This document shows, one piece after another, positions 41,448-55,148 of a DNA stretch of 64,000 nucleotides (position 1 is its first letter; the number at the start of each line of letters is the position of its first letter). The notes under the pieces were generated by a model that was not told where the DNA came from, did not search any database, and saw only the letters and a list, made by a program, of their open reading frames with translations. The translations under genes were made by a program, and so were the position numbers. Source of the DNA: Alphaproteobacteria bacterium (GTDB taxonomy: Bacteria > Pseudomonadota > Alphaproteobacteria > GCA-2731375); the NCBI GenBank assembly GCA_965225945.1, contig CBDDBZ010000038.1, forward strand, positions 320,001-384,000. The letters are read 5' to 3'.

Positions 41448-42662
41448 ATGAAGGACGGAATGCGATTCGTCGACTGTGATATGCACATCATGGAGCCGGT
41501 GGATCTATTCGATCGGTATCTGGACCCGCAATTTCGCGACCGGGTGACGCTTTCGGTGGGGGCGGACGGCATGCGCAAACGCGGCCTGATCATCGTCGAC
41601 GGCCAACCGACGACCTACGACGTCGAAACCCAGCAGCACCGCAAGCCGCACCACGGCAGCAGGAAAACCGAGACCTCGCAGCCGCTGTCGGGCTCGCGGA
41701 TCGCCGAGAGCGGGCGGTTGGATTTCGCGATCGAGCGGGCCTACGACGCCGAAGCGCAAATCATGGGCATGGAGATGGAAGGGGTCGATATCGCGGTCCT
41801 GTTCCCGACCATGGGGCTCAGCCTGCTGGCCCGCGATGGCATGGACCCACGACTGTCCTTGGGCTTGAGCCAAGCCTACAACAACTGGGTCCATGAATTC
41901 TGCCAAGCCAGCCCCGACCAGTTGAAGTTCGCGGCGATGCTGCCGCCGCACGACGTGAACCTCGCCTGCGCCGAACTGGTCCGTTGCGTGAGCGAGCTCG
42001 GCGCCGTCGGCTCATTCGTGCGGCCAAATTGCGTCGACGGGCATTTCTGGCACTCCAACTACTGGAACCCGCTGTTCGCGCTGCACGAGGAACTCGACGT
42101 CACGATGGGATTTCACGAGGGCACGGGTGCCGCCTATTCGCACATGAACGTCCTCTATGGCGAAAACCGGTTCTACCGGCATGTCGCGAGCCACTGGATC
42201 GAGATGCAGCAAGCCTTGATCGCGTTGCTGATCGCCGGCGTCTTCGAGTTCTATCCGAAGCTCAGGGTCGGTTTTCTGGAAGCGCAGAATTCGTGGGCGC
42301 CCGGCATCTTGACCCGCATCGAGTGGGACTATCCGCAATACCGCGACTCGCACGCGCCCTATCTCTCACTCACGCCGAAGGAATACTTCCAGCGTAATTG
42401 CTGGGCGGCGGTGGAAGGCAGCGAGCCGGAGATCGAGGCGACGGCGAGCCTTATCGGCGCCGATCGGATGTGCATTTCGACCGACTACCCGCATTTCGAT
42501 TCGAACTTCCCGAACGTGTCCAATAACCTGCTCGGGAACGTTTCGAAAGAGACTGCGGCGAAGATTCTCATGGGTGGCGCCCATCTGTACAATTTCGGCG
42601 AAGACCATTTCGCCAAGGCGGCCCAAGCGGCGGAGAAGAACCGCCTCGTCGCCGCCGAATAG
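41448..42662 (+). CDS. amidohydrolase_2 family protein
   Basis: DCDMH, FHEG and STDYPHFD motifs. Confidence 0.9.
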   Translation: MKDGMRFVDCDMHIMEPVDLFDRYLDPQFRDRVTLSVGADGMRKRGLIIVDGQPTTYDVETQQHRKPHHGSRKTETSQPLSGSRIAESGRLDFAIERAYDAEAQIMGMEMEGVDIAVLFPTMGLSLLARDGMDPRLSLGLSQAYNNWVHEFCQASPDQLKFAAMLPPHDVNLACAELVRCVSELGAVGSFVRPNCVDGHFWHSNYWNPLFALHEELDVTMGFHEGTGAAYSHMNVLYGENRFYRHVASHWIEMQQALIALLIAGVFEFYPKLRVGFLEAQNSWAPGILTRIEWDYPQYRDSHAPYLSLTPKEYFQRNCWAAVEGSEPEIEATASLIGADRMCISTDYPHFDSNFPNVSNNLLGNVSKETAAKILMGGAHLYNFGEDHFAKAAQAAEKNRLVAAE

Positions 42663-42704
42663 GCCGATCTGTGTCTCGCGTGGAGGCCTCGCCGGCGCCG
42701 CATC

Positions 42705-42737
42705 TAGAGCAACATCCGTCCAGTTGGAATCGCTCTA
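42705..42737. repeat. minimal TAGAGC...GCTCTA element
   Basis: Same termini as 45438-45704; its end coincides with the TAG stop of the adjacent SDR. Confidence 0.55.
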
Positions 42738-43535
42738 AGGCTTCGAGAGGCTAGCCGGGCCGACGGTGATGCCGCCGTCCACGGCGAGGGCCACGCCGGT
42801 GATCATGCGGGCCTCGTCGGAGGCGAGGAAGAGGGCCGCGGCCGCGATATCCTCCGGCATCGCGATGCGGCCGAGCGGGATCTGCCGTCGCGCCGCCTCG
42901 CGCGCCGCCTGGAATTCCTCGTCCGTCCACTCTCGCGGCATGAACTAGCGCAGCATCGGGCTGTCGGTGGTCACCGGGCAGATCGCGTTGACCCGGATGG
43001 CGTAGCCCGCGAGTTCCAGCGCCAGGCTTCGCATCAGGCCGACGACGCCGTGCTTGGCCGCCGTATAGGCGCTGACGTTGGGCCGCGCGCTGATCCTCTG
43101 AATCGAGGAGGTGAAGAGGATCGCCGCGCCACCCTCGCGCGCCTTGGCCCCTTCGCGCAGCGCCGATAGCGCCGCCTGGGTCATGCGGAAGGGACCGTCC
43201 AGGTTGATGGCGATGACCCGCGCGTATTCCTGATCGTCGACCTGTGCGAAACGGCCGTGAAACGGCGCGCCGGCGTTGTTGTGGAGGATGTCGAGGCCGC
43301 CGAAGGCCTCGAGGGCCCGGGCCACCGCCGCCTCGTTCTCGGCCCGGACCGTGTGATCGGTGTGTTGATAGATGCAGGCCTTACCAAGCTCGTCGGCCAG
43401 CGCCTCGCCGGCCGCGTCGTCGATGTCGGCGATCAGCACCCGGGCACCCTCGGCGACGAAGGCCTGGGCCGTCGCCCGCCCGATCCCCGACGCACCCCCG
43501 GTCACGATCGCCACCCGTCCGTCCAACCGCGCCAT
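42735..43535 (-). pseudogene. SDR oxidoreductase with an in-frame TAG at 42945-42947
   Basis: [17 protein letters not shown]; reads PMLR*FMPREW...PLGRIA..EDIA in one frame. Confidence 0.85.
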
Positions 43536-43674
43536 CTCGTTCTCCCTGCGTCGTGTGTCGGGGGCGAGAGTAGCAACACTTGAGCCTCGGGGGACAGCGT
43601 TTGACATGCGATTGACGGCCCCGGCCCGGCGCTCTATGTTCCGCGTCGCCCAGCGGGGCCGGGAGTGTTGTGGC

Positions 43675-43800
43675 ATGAAAGTCGTGAGTTCGCTGAAGAC
43701 GCTGAAAAAGCGCCACCGCGATTGCCGCGTGGTGCGCCGCCGCGGTCGCGTCTACGTCATCTGCAAGACCAACCGCCGATTCACGGCCCGCCAGGGCTGA
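43675..43800 (+). CDS. rpmJ: 50S ribosomal protein L36 (type B)
   Basis: [41 protein letters not shown]. Confidence 0.96.
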   Translation: MKVVSSLKTLKKRHRDCRVVRRRGRVYVICKTNRRFTARQG

Positions 43801-43875
43801 GCCGGCGCGCTCCGGCGCGCATTTCCGCCGGGCCGCGTCTGCGGACGCCGCCTTTCGTCGTTTGGGGCCGGAAAA

Positions 43876-44853
43876 TTACCCCCCGAGTTCGTCCTCGATG
43901 TGGGCGGCGATGATCTCGTCCATGCTCTCGTCGGCCTTGAAGCCGAGGCGGGCGGCGCGGTCCGACCGGCTCGCCTGGGGCCAGCCGTCGACGATGGCCT
44001 GGATCGCCGGGTCGACTGCGAACCTCACTCGGCCGCGATGGCGATTGCCGGCGACTCGCGCCATCGCCTCCACCGCCTCGCCCATGGTAACCCGGATGCC
44101 GCTCAGCAGCAGGCGCCGGTTGTCGCCCAGTGCTTCCCCGCCGAGCTCGTGCATGTGGTGGAAGGCCTCGACCACGCGGCGGGGCGAGAGGATCGCCATC
44201 GCGCTCTCGGGCCTCACCGGGCAGGTGGTGTCGATGCCGGCCAAGGGCTCGCGGATGATCGAGGAGGCGAAGCCGGAGGCCGCCTTGTTCGGCTTGCCCG
44301 GGCGCACCACGATGGTCGGCAGCCGCATCGCCCGGCCGTCGATGAAGCCCTTGCGGGTGTAATCTTGGATCAGCAGCTCGCCCATCACCTTCTGCGCGCC
44401 GTAGGAGGTCTCGGGGTGAAGCGGCGTCGCATCCTCCACCAGCTTCGCCACCTCGCCGCCGTAGACCGCGATGGAGCTGGCGAAGAGCACGCGGGGCACG
44501 GTTCCCAGCGCCCGGCAGCGCTCCAGCACGGCGCGGGTGCCCTCCAGGTTGACCCGGTAGCCGAGGTCGAAATCCGCCTCCGCGCCGGCGCTGACCACGG
44601 CGGCGAGGTGGATGACGCTGCTGGTCTCGGGCCCGATCACCGCCTCGAGGCGGGCCGGGTCCCCCAGGTCGCCGGTGACCACGCGGACGCGGCCATCGTC
44701 GAATTCGCCCTCCGGCGGTGCCGTCTGGTCGAACAGCACCAGCTCTTCCAGCGCCGCCGGCCCGCCGCGCCCCGCCAGCCGCCCGGCCGCGAGCAAGCGG
44801 GCCGCGAGCTTGCGGCCGATGAAGCCGCCGCCGCCGGTGATGGTGATCTTCAT
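43876..44853 (-). CDS. NAD-dependent epimerase/dehydratase family (D-erythronate dehydrogenase-like)
   Basis: GGGGFIG, HLAAVVSA, SYGAQK and RPGKPNKAASGFAS motifs. Confidence 0.9.
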   Translation of the reverse strand: MKITITGGGGFIGRKLAARLLAAGRLAGRGGPAALEELVLFDQTAPPEGEFDDGRVRVVTGDLGDPARLEAVIGPETSSVIHLAAVVSAGAEADFDLGYRVNLEGTRAVLERCRALGTVPRVLFASSIAVYGGEVAKLVEDATPLHPETSYGAQKVMGELLIQDYTRKGFIDGRAMRLPTIVVRPGKPNKAASGFASSIIREPLAGIDTTCPVRPESAMAILSPRRVVEAFHHMHELGGEALGDNRRLLLSGIRVTMGEAVEAMARVAGNRHRGRVRFAVDPAIQAIVDGWPQASRSDRAARLGFKADESMDEIIAAHIEDELGG

Positions 44854-45064
44854 GCCTTCTCCTCCCTCGGGCCCGGGCTGGATGCTAGAGCCTGACGCGG
44901 CCCCGCGAAATCACAAGGTGTTGACGGGATCCTCCGTCCATGGCGCGGAGCGCTGTGGCGAACCAGGACGGCGCTCCGAGCGGCGACGATGGATTTCCAA
45001 ATCGACGCCGGCCGAACCGCTGCGCGGCTCCGCTCGCTCGCGACGACGGTTTTCGCGGCTCGCC

Positions 45065-45388
45065 CTATTGCGCGGTGGAGCGCGGCGTCGGGGTCAGGCG
45101 GGTGACGACCATCGCCTCGCGGTCCAGCAGCTCGGGGATCCGGGGGGCAACGTCGTTCTTCCAATAGTCGGACTGATAGACCGCCTCGTAGAGCGCCTCG
45201 CGCTGGGCCTCGCTCTCGAAGCGCCGGGTCTAGACGTAGACGCTGTCGTCCTCCTCGCCCTGGTAGGAGCCGGTGATCACCATGCCCTTGGAGACCTGGA
45301 AGGGGATGATCTCCTCCTCCATCACCTTCAACCACTCCGCCATCTTGCCGGGGCGGACCTTGTATTGCCGAAGCTCGTAGAATGCCAT
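45065..45388 (-). pseudogene. NIPSNAP-family gene with an in-frame TAG at 45230-45232 (absent from the ORF track)
   Basis: MAFYELRQYKVRPGKMAEW...SVYV*TRRFESEAQREALYEAVY...; GGGAG ribosome-binding site. Confidence 0.85.
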
Positions 45389-45437
45389 GCGTCATCTCCC
45401 TCGTGACCCCGGCCCGGCGCCGGGTGCGGCGATAATT

Positions 45438-45704
45438 TAGAGCAAGATCCGACCATATGGGAACGTTTGATGGCGGCAAATCGGCCTCTGGGGCAGGAGC
45501 GGGGCGCCGCGCGATGCGGGGCATCGGGCAAGCGCCGCGACGCACCCCAGAGGCCGATTTGGGCCACCGAAGGCCGGGATAATTTTGGGCCGTGGCGGCG
45601 TTGCGTTCGCTCACCGATGCCCCACATCGCCGTCGCAATCGCAACGCCGCCACGGCCCAAAATTATCCCGGTCAAACGTTTCCATATGGTCGGATCATGC
45701 TCTA
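45438..45704. mobile_element. MITE (267 bp) with 33-bp terminal inverted repeats, TA ends and internal hairpins
   Basis: TAGAGCA(A/T)GATCCGACCATATGG(G/A)AACGTTTGA at both ends; two long internal inverted repeats. Confidence 0.88.
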
Positions 45705-45737
45705 GACGCCGGGCCGGACTGGCAAGCGGGCCGGCGG

Positions 45738-46244
45738 TTATTTCTTGCGGAATCGGTCGAGGGTGACGATCTTCTCGGACTCGGGCGTGGTCTCCGCCGG
45801 CTCGACGCTCGCGGGCGGCTCGCTCGTTTGTGGCTGTTCGGCGGCGGGCCCCATCGCCACCACCGGGCCACCGCCCTGGGCCTCGCCGGCGCGGTACTGG
45901 AATTGCAGGCCGAACTGCACGCTCGGGTCATGGAACGCCGTCAGCGCCCGCCACGGCACCTCCAGCCGTTCCGGCACCGAGGCGAAGGTGAGCGTGACCC
46001 CGAAGCCGGTGTCGTCCACCTCCAGCGCCCAGTACTGGTGCTGCAGCACGATTGTCATCTCGTCGGGATAGCGCCCGGCGAGGGCCTCGGAGATGGCGAC
46101 CTCGGGATCGGCGGTGCGGAAGGTGAGGTAGAAGTGGTGCTCGCCCGGCAAGCCGTCCCGGGCGGCGTGCTCCAGCGCCCGGCGGGCGACGGTGCGTAGT
46201 GCATCTTCGACCATCCGGTCGTAATGCATCCGGTCCTTGGACAT
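45738..46244 (-). CDS. sspB: ClpXP adaptor SspB (alphaproteobacterial type)
   Basis: LPGEHHFYLTF, YPDEMTIVLQHQ and C-terminal IVTLDRFRKK. Confidence 0.95.
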   Translation of the reverse strand: MSKDRMHYDRMVEDALRTVARRALEHAARDGLPGEHHFYLTFRTADPEVAISEALAGRYPDEMTIVLQHQYWALEVDDTGFGVTLTFASVPERLEVPWRALTAFHDPSVQFGLQFQYRAGEAQGGGPVVAMGPAAEQPQTSEPPASVEPAETTPESEKIVTLDRFRKK

Positions 46245-46291
46245 CGCCTCCCCGCGCGGCGGAACCCCCGCACGCCGAGGCGCGCGGGGGA

Positions 46292-46590
46292 AGTGGGGGG
46301 CTTCTGTTGCCCGGCGCCCCCCGAAGCCGCGCTTACCTAGCTTTTATTAGGCAGCGAGCGCCATTTCATTATCATTGGCACCTGTAGGTTTGGTCCGGTA
46401 ACGGCAGTACCATCCCGGGCACCGAGCAGGTCTTTACCACGCACGTCGATCCTATTTCGCCCCCATCAGAAACATCCCGCCGGCCGTTGCGTGAGCGCGA
46501 TTCGCGGCCGAGATGCTCTTGGTGGAGGCGCCGGGTACCGCCCCCGGGTCCGCAACGCTTATTTCACAAGCCCGTTTAGCGCCATAACCG
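46292..46590 (-). ncRNA. ssrA: two-piece (circularly permuted) tmRNA
   Basis: Acceptor 3' end GACCCGGGGGCGGTACCCGGCGCCTCCACCA precedes the GGGGGCGAAATAGGATCGAC 5' end; tag ANDNEMALAA** at 46344-46379; outer ends approximate. Confidence 0.95.
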
Positions 46591-46785
46591 GTCGAAACCG
46601 GTAGGCTGAATATAGGGGTTCGCGGGCTTTTTCGAAAGCCCCTTGCGAATCGCGGCGGGATGGCCGCGCCCTGGCGCCCACCCGGCCCTGGCGGGAGCGG
46701 CGGCGGGGCGATAGGATTCAGCCCCCAAGCCCTGCTCGGCGGAAGCGGGCATGGGGGCGGAAGCAACATCGGGGCGGAGGCGAGA

Positions 46786-47721
46786 ATGGGCCTGTCGGAC
46801 GGCCAGGAAGCGGAAATCGACGACCTCAGGGCCGCGACCCGGGCGACCCTGCGGCCGGTGGTCGAGAGCTTGGAGGAGATCCTCTACCAGGCGCTACCAG
46901 TGCTGGACCACGGCTTCGTCCGCGTCGTCGACTACATGGGCGACGATGCGGCGGTGGTGCAGGCGGCCCGGGTCTCCTACGGCCGCGGCACCCGCCAGGT
47001 GCGCGAGGATCGCGGCCTGATCCGCTATCTGCTGCGCCACCGCCACACCACGCCGTTCGAGATGTGCGAGATCAAGCTACACGTGAAGCTGCCGATCTTC
47101 GTCGCCCGCCAGTGGATCCGCCACCGCACCGCCAACGTGAACGAGTATTCCGCCCGCTATTCGGTGCTGGACGGTGAATTTTACCTGCCCGCGCCTGAGA
47201 ACTTGGCGGCGCAGTCGAGCGCCAACCGCCAGGGCCGGGGCGCGGTGCTGAGCGGGGACGAGGCGGCCCGGGTGCTGGAGATCTTGCGCGACGACGCCGC
47301 CCGGGCGCACGCCGATTATCGCGAGATGCTGAACGAGGACGACGAAGGAAACCCGATCGATCCAGCCCGCGACGGCCTGGCCCGCGAGCTGGCGCGGATC
47401 AACCTGCCGCTCGCCACCTATACCCAGTGGTACTGGAAGATCGACCTCCTCAACCTGATGCGTTTCCTGAGCCTCAGGGCCGACGCCCACGCGCAGTACG
47501 AAATCCGCGTCTATGCCGATCGGATGGTGGAGATCCTGCGGCGCTGGGTGCCGCTGACCCACGAGGCCTTCGAGGATTACGTCCTGGGCGCGGCCAGGCT
47601 CAGCCGAGGCGCGCTCGCCGCCGTCCGCCGCATGGTCGCGGGCGAGACGGTGACGCGGGAGAATAGCGGCCTGACGGGGCGGGAGTGGCGCGAGCTGGAG
47701 GCGATCCTCGGCCGCGAATGA
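46786..47721 (+). CDS. thyX: FAD-dependent thymidylate synthase
   Basis: [15 protein letters not shown] ThyX motif. Confidence 0.97.
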   Translation: MGLSDGQEAEIDDLRAATRATLRPVVESLEEILYQALPVLDHGFVRVVDYMGDDAAVVQAARVSYGRGTRQVREDRGLIRYLLRHRHTTPFEMCEIKLHVKLPIFVARQWIRHRTANVNEYSARYSVLDGEFYLPAPENLAAQSSANRQGRGAVLSGDEAARVLEILRDDAARAHADYREMLNEDDEGNPIDPARDGLARELARINLPLATYTQWYWKIDLLNLMRFLSLRADAHAQYEIRVYADRMVEILRRWVPLTHEAFEDYVLGAARLSRGALAAVRRMVAGETVTRENSGLTGREWRELEAILGRE

Positions 47722-47935
47722 GCCCCCCGCTCGGCGAGTTTCGCCGAGGCGCTTCGCGTGGTCGTGGTCGGAAATCGCGCTATGATAGCCACCGTGTCCA
47801 GGGGGACGTATTCGTCGGCGTGGCCGATCTGGGCGGACCCGTATGTCCGTTCGAGCCTCCTTCGTAACCTTCTGTTCTTCCAAACATCACCTTCTCAGGA
47901 TCGTGTCCCGGGAAGTGGTGTAAGAGGCGGGCGGC

Positions 47936-48445
47936 ATGAACGAAGCCCCACACGTCCTCCCCGATCTGTTGCGAGCCGGCCTCGATGTGGTGATCTGCGG
48001 CTCGGCCGCGGGCCGCCGCTCGGCCGAGGTCGGGGCCTATTACGCCGGGCCCGGCAACAAGTTTTGGCGGATCCTGGCGGAAACCGGACTGACGCCGCGT
48101 CGCCTGGCGCCCGAGGAATTCGTGATCCTGCCCGACTTCGGCATCGGCCTCACCGATCTCGCCAAGCGATATAGCGGCCCCGATGCCGGGCTGCGCGCCG
48201 GCGACGACGACGTCGCCGCCCTGCGCGCCAAGATCGAGGCGACGCGCCCCCGCGTCCTCGCCTTCAACGGCAAGCGCGCTTCGGCGCGGGTCCTGGGCAG
48301 CGCCATCGTCCATGGCCGGAGCGAAACTCGGATCGGCGAGACGGTGCTCTTTGCGCTGCCCTCGACCGCCGGTCTCGCCAGCCGCTGGTGGGACCCGGCG
48401 CCTTGGCACGATCTCGCCCGAGTGGTCCGAGACCTTCGCGCCTGA
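47936..48445 (+). CDS. mismatch-specific uracil-DNA glycosylase (MUG family)
   Basis: LPDLL..GL.VV.CG, YYAGPGNKFW, AFNGK and LPST motifs. Confidence 0.88.
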   Translation: MNEAPHVLPDLLRAGLDVVICGSAAGRRSAEVGAYYAGPGNKFWRILAETGLTPRRLAPEEFVILPDFGIGLTDLAKRYSGPDAGLRAGDDDVAALRAKIEATRPRVLAFNGKRASARVLGSAIVHGRSETRIGETVLFALPSTAGLASRWWDPAPWHDLARVVRDLRA

Positions 48446-48478
48446 TCCCCAATCGTTCCCCGTGGAACAGTCCCCCCG

Positions 48479-48934
48479 CTACGGATCGAGCAAATCCCGC
48501 AGCCGGCCGGCTGCGCCGCGCGCGAAGCGCAGCGTCACCTCCTTCCGCCGGCTGGCATGGAGCGGCGCCAGCTCGGCCGAGGGGCGGGCCACCTCGGCGC
48601 CGAAGCGGTCGGCCAGGATCAGGCCGTGGTCGCCCGGCAGCACGTCCGGCGGGAAGCCCTTGGGCGTGGCGAAAAAGAAACTATCGCAATAGTCCAGGTA
48701 TTCCGGCCATTTGCGGTCGGCGCGGAAGTCGGCGATGGAGCGCTTGATCTCGACGATGACGATCCGGCCCTTGGCGTCGAGGCCGGCGATATCGGCGCGC
48801 CGGCCGCCGCGAAGGCGGAACTCGGTCAGGCTCCGGTAGCCCATCCCCGCCAGCAGGCGGGCGACGCCACGGGCCAGCAGCTCGGCGCTCTCGACCGCCT
48901 GGTTACCGTTCTCGCTTTTCGCCACGTCGTTCAT
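48479..48934 (-). CDS. mmcB: MmcB-family DNA repair protein
   Basis: GRRAD, IVEIK.S.ADFRAD.KW..Y..YCD motifs. Confidence 0.9.
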   Translation of the reverse strand: MNDVAKSENGNQAVESAELLARGVARLLAGMGYRSLTEFRLRGGRRADIAGLDAKGRIVIVEIKRSIADFRADRKWPEYLDYCDSFFFATPKGFPPDVLPGDHGLILADRFGAEVARPSAELAPLHASRRKEVTLRFARGAAGRLRDLLDP

Positions 48935-48987
48935 GCCGCATTCCAACTCCGAGGGAGCGGGGCGGCCGGGATCTAGGTCGTCTGGCG

Positions 48988-49308
48988 CTACTCGGTCGTC
49001 ACCTGCTCGTGGGCGACGCTCAGCAGTTCCTCCATCTCGCGCCGGACCCGATGCTCGGAGACGTCGAGGCCCTTGGCATCCAGATCGCCCTGCACCTTTC
49101 GAAAGACGTCCTCGTCTCCCGGCTCCTCGAAGTCGGCGCGCACCACTTGCTTGGCGTAGATCACGGCATCGTCGCCGTCGAGGCCCAACAGCTCCGCCGC
49201 CCAGAGGCCGAGCAGTTTGTTGCGCCGCGCCACGACCTTGAAGTGCAGCGCCTCGTCATGCGCGTATTTCGCCTCGAAGCCCTTTTCCCGATCCTTGAAT
49301 CCACTCAT
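48988..49308 (-). CDS. DUF1476 / F1Fo ATPase inhibitor zeta subunit
   Basis: [30 protein letters not shown]. Confidence 0.92.
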   Translation of the reverse strand: MSGFKDREKGFEAKYAHDEALHFKVVARRNKLLGLWAAELLGLDGDDAVIYAKQVVRADFEEPGDEDVFRKVQGDLDAKGLDVSEHRVRREMEELLSVAHEQVTTE

Positions 49309-49536
49309 CTGACGTCCCTTCCTCCCTGGCTGTTCGATATAGATTTCGACCCCTCCGAAATAAACTTGCTTTGGCGCCGTTTCAACCTCATATGCGCGGT
49401 GGATCAATCCCGTGCGTCGGCGATATCGCCGTCGGGTCGACGTTGTGTTGGCTATACGCTTCGGGTATGGTCCGCCCATCATGAGGACGGGGTCCGGTCG
49501 ATGGGCCGCCCGTCCTTCTCCTTTGGGGGATATCCC

Positions 49537-50301
49537 GTGCCCAGGCGCAGAAAAGTTTATGAGGGCAAGGCCAAGGTTCTGTTCGAGGGACCGGAGCCAG
49601 GCACCCTTGTGCAGTATTTCAAGGATGACGCCACCGCCTTCAACAACCAGAAGCACGGCATCATCACCGGCAAGGGCGTGCTGAACAACCGGATCTCCGA
49701 ATACATCATGACCCGGCTGGGCGAGGTCGGCGTGCCGACCCATTTCGTGCGCCGGCTGAACATGCGCGAGCAGTTGATCCGCGAGGTGGAGATCATCCCC
49801 GTCGAGGTCATCGTGCGCAACGTCGCCGCCGGCTCGTTGAGCAAGCGGCTGGGTCTCGCCGAGGGCACGCCGTTGCCGCGCAGCATCGTCGAGTATTGCT
49901 ACAAGTCGGACGAGCTGGGCGATCCCCTGGTGACGGAAGAACACATCACCTGCTTCGGCTGGGCCTCGGCGCCGGAGCTCGACGAGATGATGTCGCTCAG
50001 CCTCCGGGTAAACGATTTCCTTTACGGCTTGTTCGTCGGCGTCGGTATTCGCCTGGTCGACTTCAAGGTGGAGTTCGGCCGGCTTTACAATGACGAGGAC
50101 GTCAGGATCGTGCTGGCCGACGAGATCAGCCCCGATTCCTGCCGGCTGTGGGATCTCGAGAGCAACGAGAAGCTCGACAAGGACCGGTTCCGCCGCGATA
50201 TGGGCGGTGTCGCCGAGGCCTATCAGGAGGTCGCGCGCCGGCTCGGCATACTGCCCGAGAGTGGGCCCCGGGACCTCAAGGGTCCGGTGGCGATGCAGTA
50301 G
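49537..50301 (+). CDS. purC: SAICAR synthetase
   Basis: [15 protein letters not shown] and [14 protein letters not shown] motifs. Confidence 0.98.
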   Translation: MPRRRKVYEGKAKVLFEGPEPGTLVQYFKDDATAFNNQKHGIITGKGVLNNRISEYIMTRLGEVGVPTHFVRRLNMREQLIREVEIIPVEVIVRNVAAGSLSKRLGLAEGTPLPRSIVEYCYKSDELGDPLVTEEHITCFGWASAPELDEMMSLSLRVNDFLYGLFVGVGIRLVDFKVEFGRLYNDEDVRIVLADEISPDSCRLWDLESNEKLDKDRFRRDMGGVAEAYQEVARRLGILPESGPRDLKGPVAMQ

Positions 50302-50311
50302 GCGGGTGGGC

Positions 50312-50554
50312 GTGCGCGCGCGCGTTCACATCTATCCCAAGCCGGGCGTGCTGGATCCCCAAGGCAAGGCCGTGGCCAACGCGCTTTCCGGCCTGGGCTT
50401 CGAGGGCATCGGCGAGGTCCGCCAAGGCAAGTTGATCGAGCTGGAAGTGGAAGCTCCCGACACCGAGAGCGCCAGGGCCCTAGTCGAGGAGATGTGCGAG
50501 CGGCTCTTGGCCAATAGCGTGATCGAAAATTTTCGCGTCGAGATCGAGGGGTGA
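50312..50554 (+). CDS. purS: FGAM synthase subunit PurS
   Basis: VLDPQG, VRQGK and LLAN.VIE motifs. Confidence 0.96.
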   Translation: MRARVHIYPKPGVLDPQGKAVANALSGLGFEGIGEVRQGKLIELEVEAPDTESARALVEEMCERLLANSVIENFRVEIEG

Positions 50555-50612
50555 GGGCGAGCGGAGTCATCATCGCCCCGCCGCGCGCGCCTCACCTCCG
50601 GGGACCGCTGCC

Positions 50613-51296
<684 letters not shown>

Positions 51297-51303
51297 GGCG
51301 GCG

Positions 51304-53517
<2,214 letters not shown>

Positions 53518-53548
53518 GGGCAGGGCCGAGGCTTCGGAGGACGCGATC

Positions 53549-53785
53549 ATGGCGATGGATGCCGGCGAAATCGAACGCCTGATCCTCGACGCGATGCCCG
53601 ACGCGCGTGTCACCATCGAGGATCTGCGCGGCGACGGCGATCACTATGCGGCGCTCGTGGTCTCGGCTGCCTTCGAGGGCAAGAGCCGGGTACAGCAGCA
53701 CCAGATGGTCTACCAGGCCCTGCAGGGCCGAATGGGCGGTGAACTGCACGCCTTGGCGTTGCAGACCTCGACGCCGGAGAATTGA
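53549..53785 (+). CDS. BolA family protein
   Basis: GDGDHY, RVQQHQMVY.AL and LHALAL motifs. Confidence 0.93.
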   Translation: MAMDAGEIERLILDAMPDARVTIEDLRGDGDHYAALVVSAAFEGKSRVQQHQMVYQALQGRMGGELHALALQTSTPEN

Positions 53786-53837
53786 GGAGGGCCGACGCAA
53801 CCGTCGGCATGGGAATTTAAATCGAGGAGACGACAGG

Positions 53838-54176
53838 ATGAACGACGCGACGGTGCACGAACGTATCCGCCAGGACATCACCGAAAACGAGGTGGTGCTC
53901 TACATGAAGGGCACGCCGGTCTTCCCGCAGTGCGGCTTTTCCGCTACCGTGGTCGGCGTGCTGAGCCATCTCGGGATCAAGTTCAAGGGCATCGATGTCC
54001 TACAGGATCCGAGCCTTCGCCAGGGAATCAAGGAATTCTCCAACTGGCCGACGGTGCCGCAGCTCTTCGTCAAGGGCGAGTTCGTCGGCGGCTGTGACAT
54101 CGTCCGCGAGATGTTCGAGACGGGTGAGCTGCAAGCGGTGTTCGCCGAGAAGTCCGTCGCCACGGCGGAGACGTGA
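53838..54176 (+). CDS. grxD: monothiol glutaredoxin Grx4
   Basis: PQCGFS, WPTVPQL and GGCD motifs. Confidence 0.96.
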   Translation: MNDATVHERIRQDITENEVVLYMKGTPVFPQCGFSATVVGVLSHLGIKFKGIDVLQDPSLRQGIKEFSNWPTVPQLFVKGEFVGGCDIVREMFETGELQAVFAEKSVATAET

Positions 54177-54538
54177 GGGTGGCGGCGCCACGCGACGTCG
54201 CCCGGATCGAGGACTATCACGCCCACGTCTACTTCGATGCGGCGAGCCGTGAGGCGGCCTGGGGGCTGCGCGAGGAGATCGCGGCCCGATTCGACATCGA
54301 GATGGGCCGCTTCCACGAAAAGAACGTCGGCCCGCATCCGAGGTGGAGCTATCAGGTGAAGTTCCGCCCGGACCGGTTCGACGAGATTGTGCCCTGGCTG
54401 ATGTTGAACCGGGGCGATCTGACGATCTTCCTGCATCCCAACACCGCCGACAACCTGGCTGATCATCGCGACAATCCGATCTGGATGGGCGAGAGTCTCG
54501 CAGAAGAGCTCGACCTCTCGATCTTCGACAAGGATTGA
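54173..54538 (+). CDS. DOPA 4,5-dioxygenase family protein
   Basis: YHAHVYF, VGPHP and LHP.T...DH...W.G motifs. Confidence 0.88.
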   Translation: MRVAAPRDVARIEDYHAHVYFDAASREAAWGLREEIAARFDIEMGRFHEKNVGPHPRWSYQVKFRPDRFDEIVPWLMLNRGDLTIFLHPNTADNLADHRDNPIWMGESLAEELDLSIFDKD

Positions 54539-54728
54539 TACCAACCGAGGTAAGTCCCGGCCGGCCCTCTCCGCCGCCCAACCACATGGGATAATTCCGG
54601 CGGCCGCTCGCCCGCGTGTTTCGTTGGAGAGCGACCAAACTACCCGGATGAACCGTACGGAATTGCGAACCTCTTGACATCCCGACCGTTTCGTCGAACC
54701 TCGCGGACGCGCGTGAGGAGAGGGCGTG

Positions 54729-55148
54729 ATGAACCATTGGTTGATGAAAACCGAGCCTGGGGCCTGGTCCTGGGAGGATCAGGTGGCCGCAGGCAAGGGC
54801 GGCGCCGAGTGGGATGGGGTCAGGAACCACCAGGCCAGCAACAACATGAAGGCGATGCGCAAGGGCGATCGCTGCTTCTTCTACCACTCGGTGAACGAGA
54901 AGCGGATCGTTGGCATCACCCGCGTGGTCAAGGAATATTACCCCGATCCGAGCGACGCCAGCGGCCGCTTCGGCATGGTCGACGTGGCCAGCCTGAAGGC
55001 CTTCGAGACGCCGGTGACGCTGGCCGAGATCAAGGCCGAGCCCCGGCTCGCCGAGCTGGCGCTGATCAAGCAATCTCGTCTCTCGGTGGTGCCGATTCCG
55101 GAGGACTCCTGGCGGCTCATCTGCGGGATGGGCGGCGTCAGCCCGTGA
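54729..55148 (+). CDS. EVE-domain protein
   Basis: WLMKTEP, WDGVRN, FFYHS and SRLSVVP motifs. Confidence 0.93.
   Translation: MNHWLMKTEPGAWSWEDQVAAGKGGAEWDGVRNHQASNNMKAMRKGDRCFFYHSVNEKRIVGITRVVKEYYPDPSDASGRFGMVDVASLKAFETPVTLAEIKAEPRLAELALIKQSRLSVVPIPEDSWRLICGMGGVSP

Noticed and set aside
46520-46552. tRNA gene
   Set aside because: The T-arm and CCA belong to the tmRNA acceptor piece; there is no anticodon arm
45738-47721. Permuted tmRNA next to sspB and thyX as a novelty
   Set aside because: Two-piece tmRNA and this linkage are established alphaproteobacterial features
54729-55148. EVE protein as part of a modification-dependent defence system
   Set aside because: Stand-alone EVE domain in a housekeeping neighbourhood with no nuclease partner
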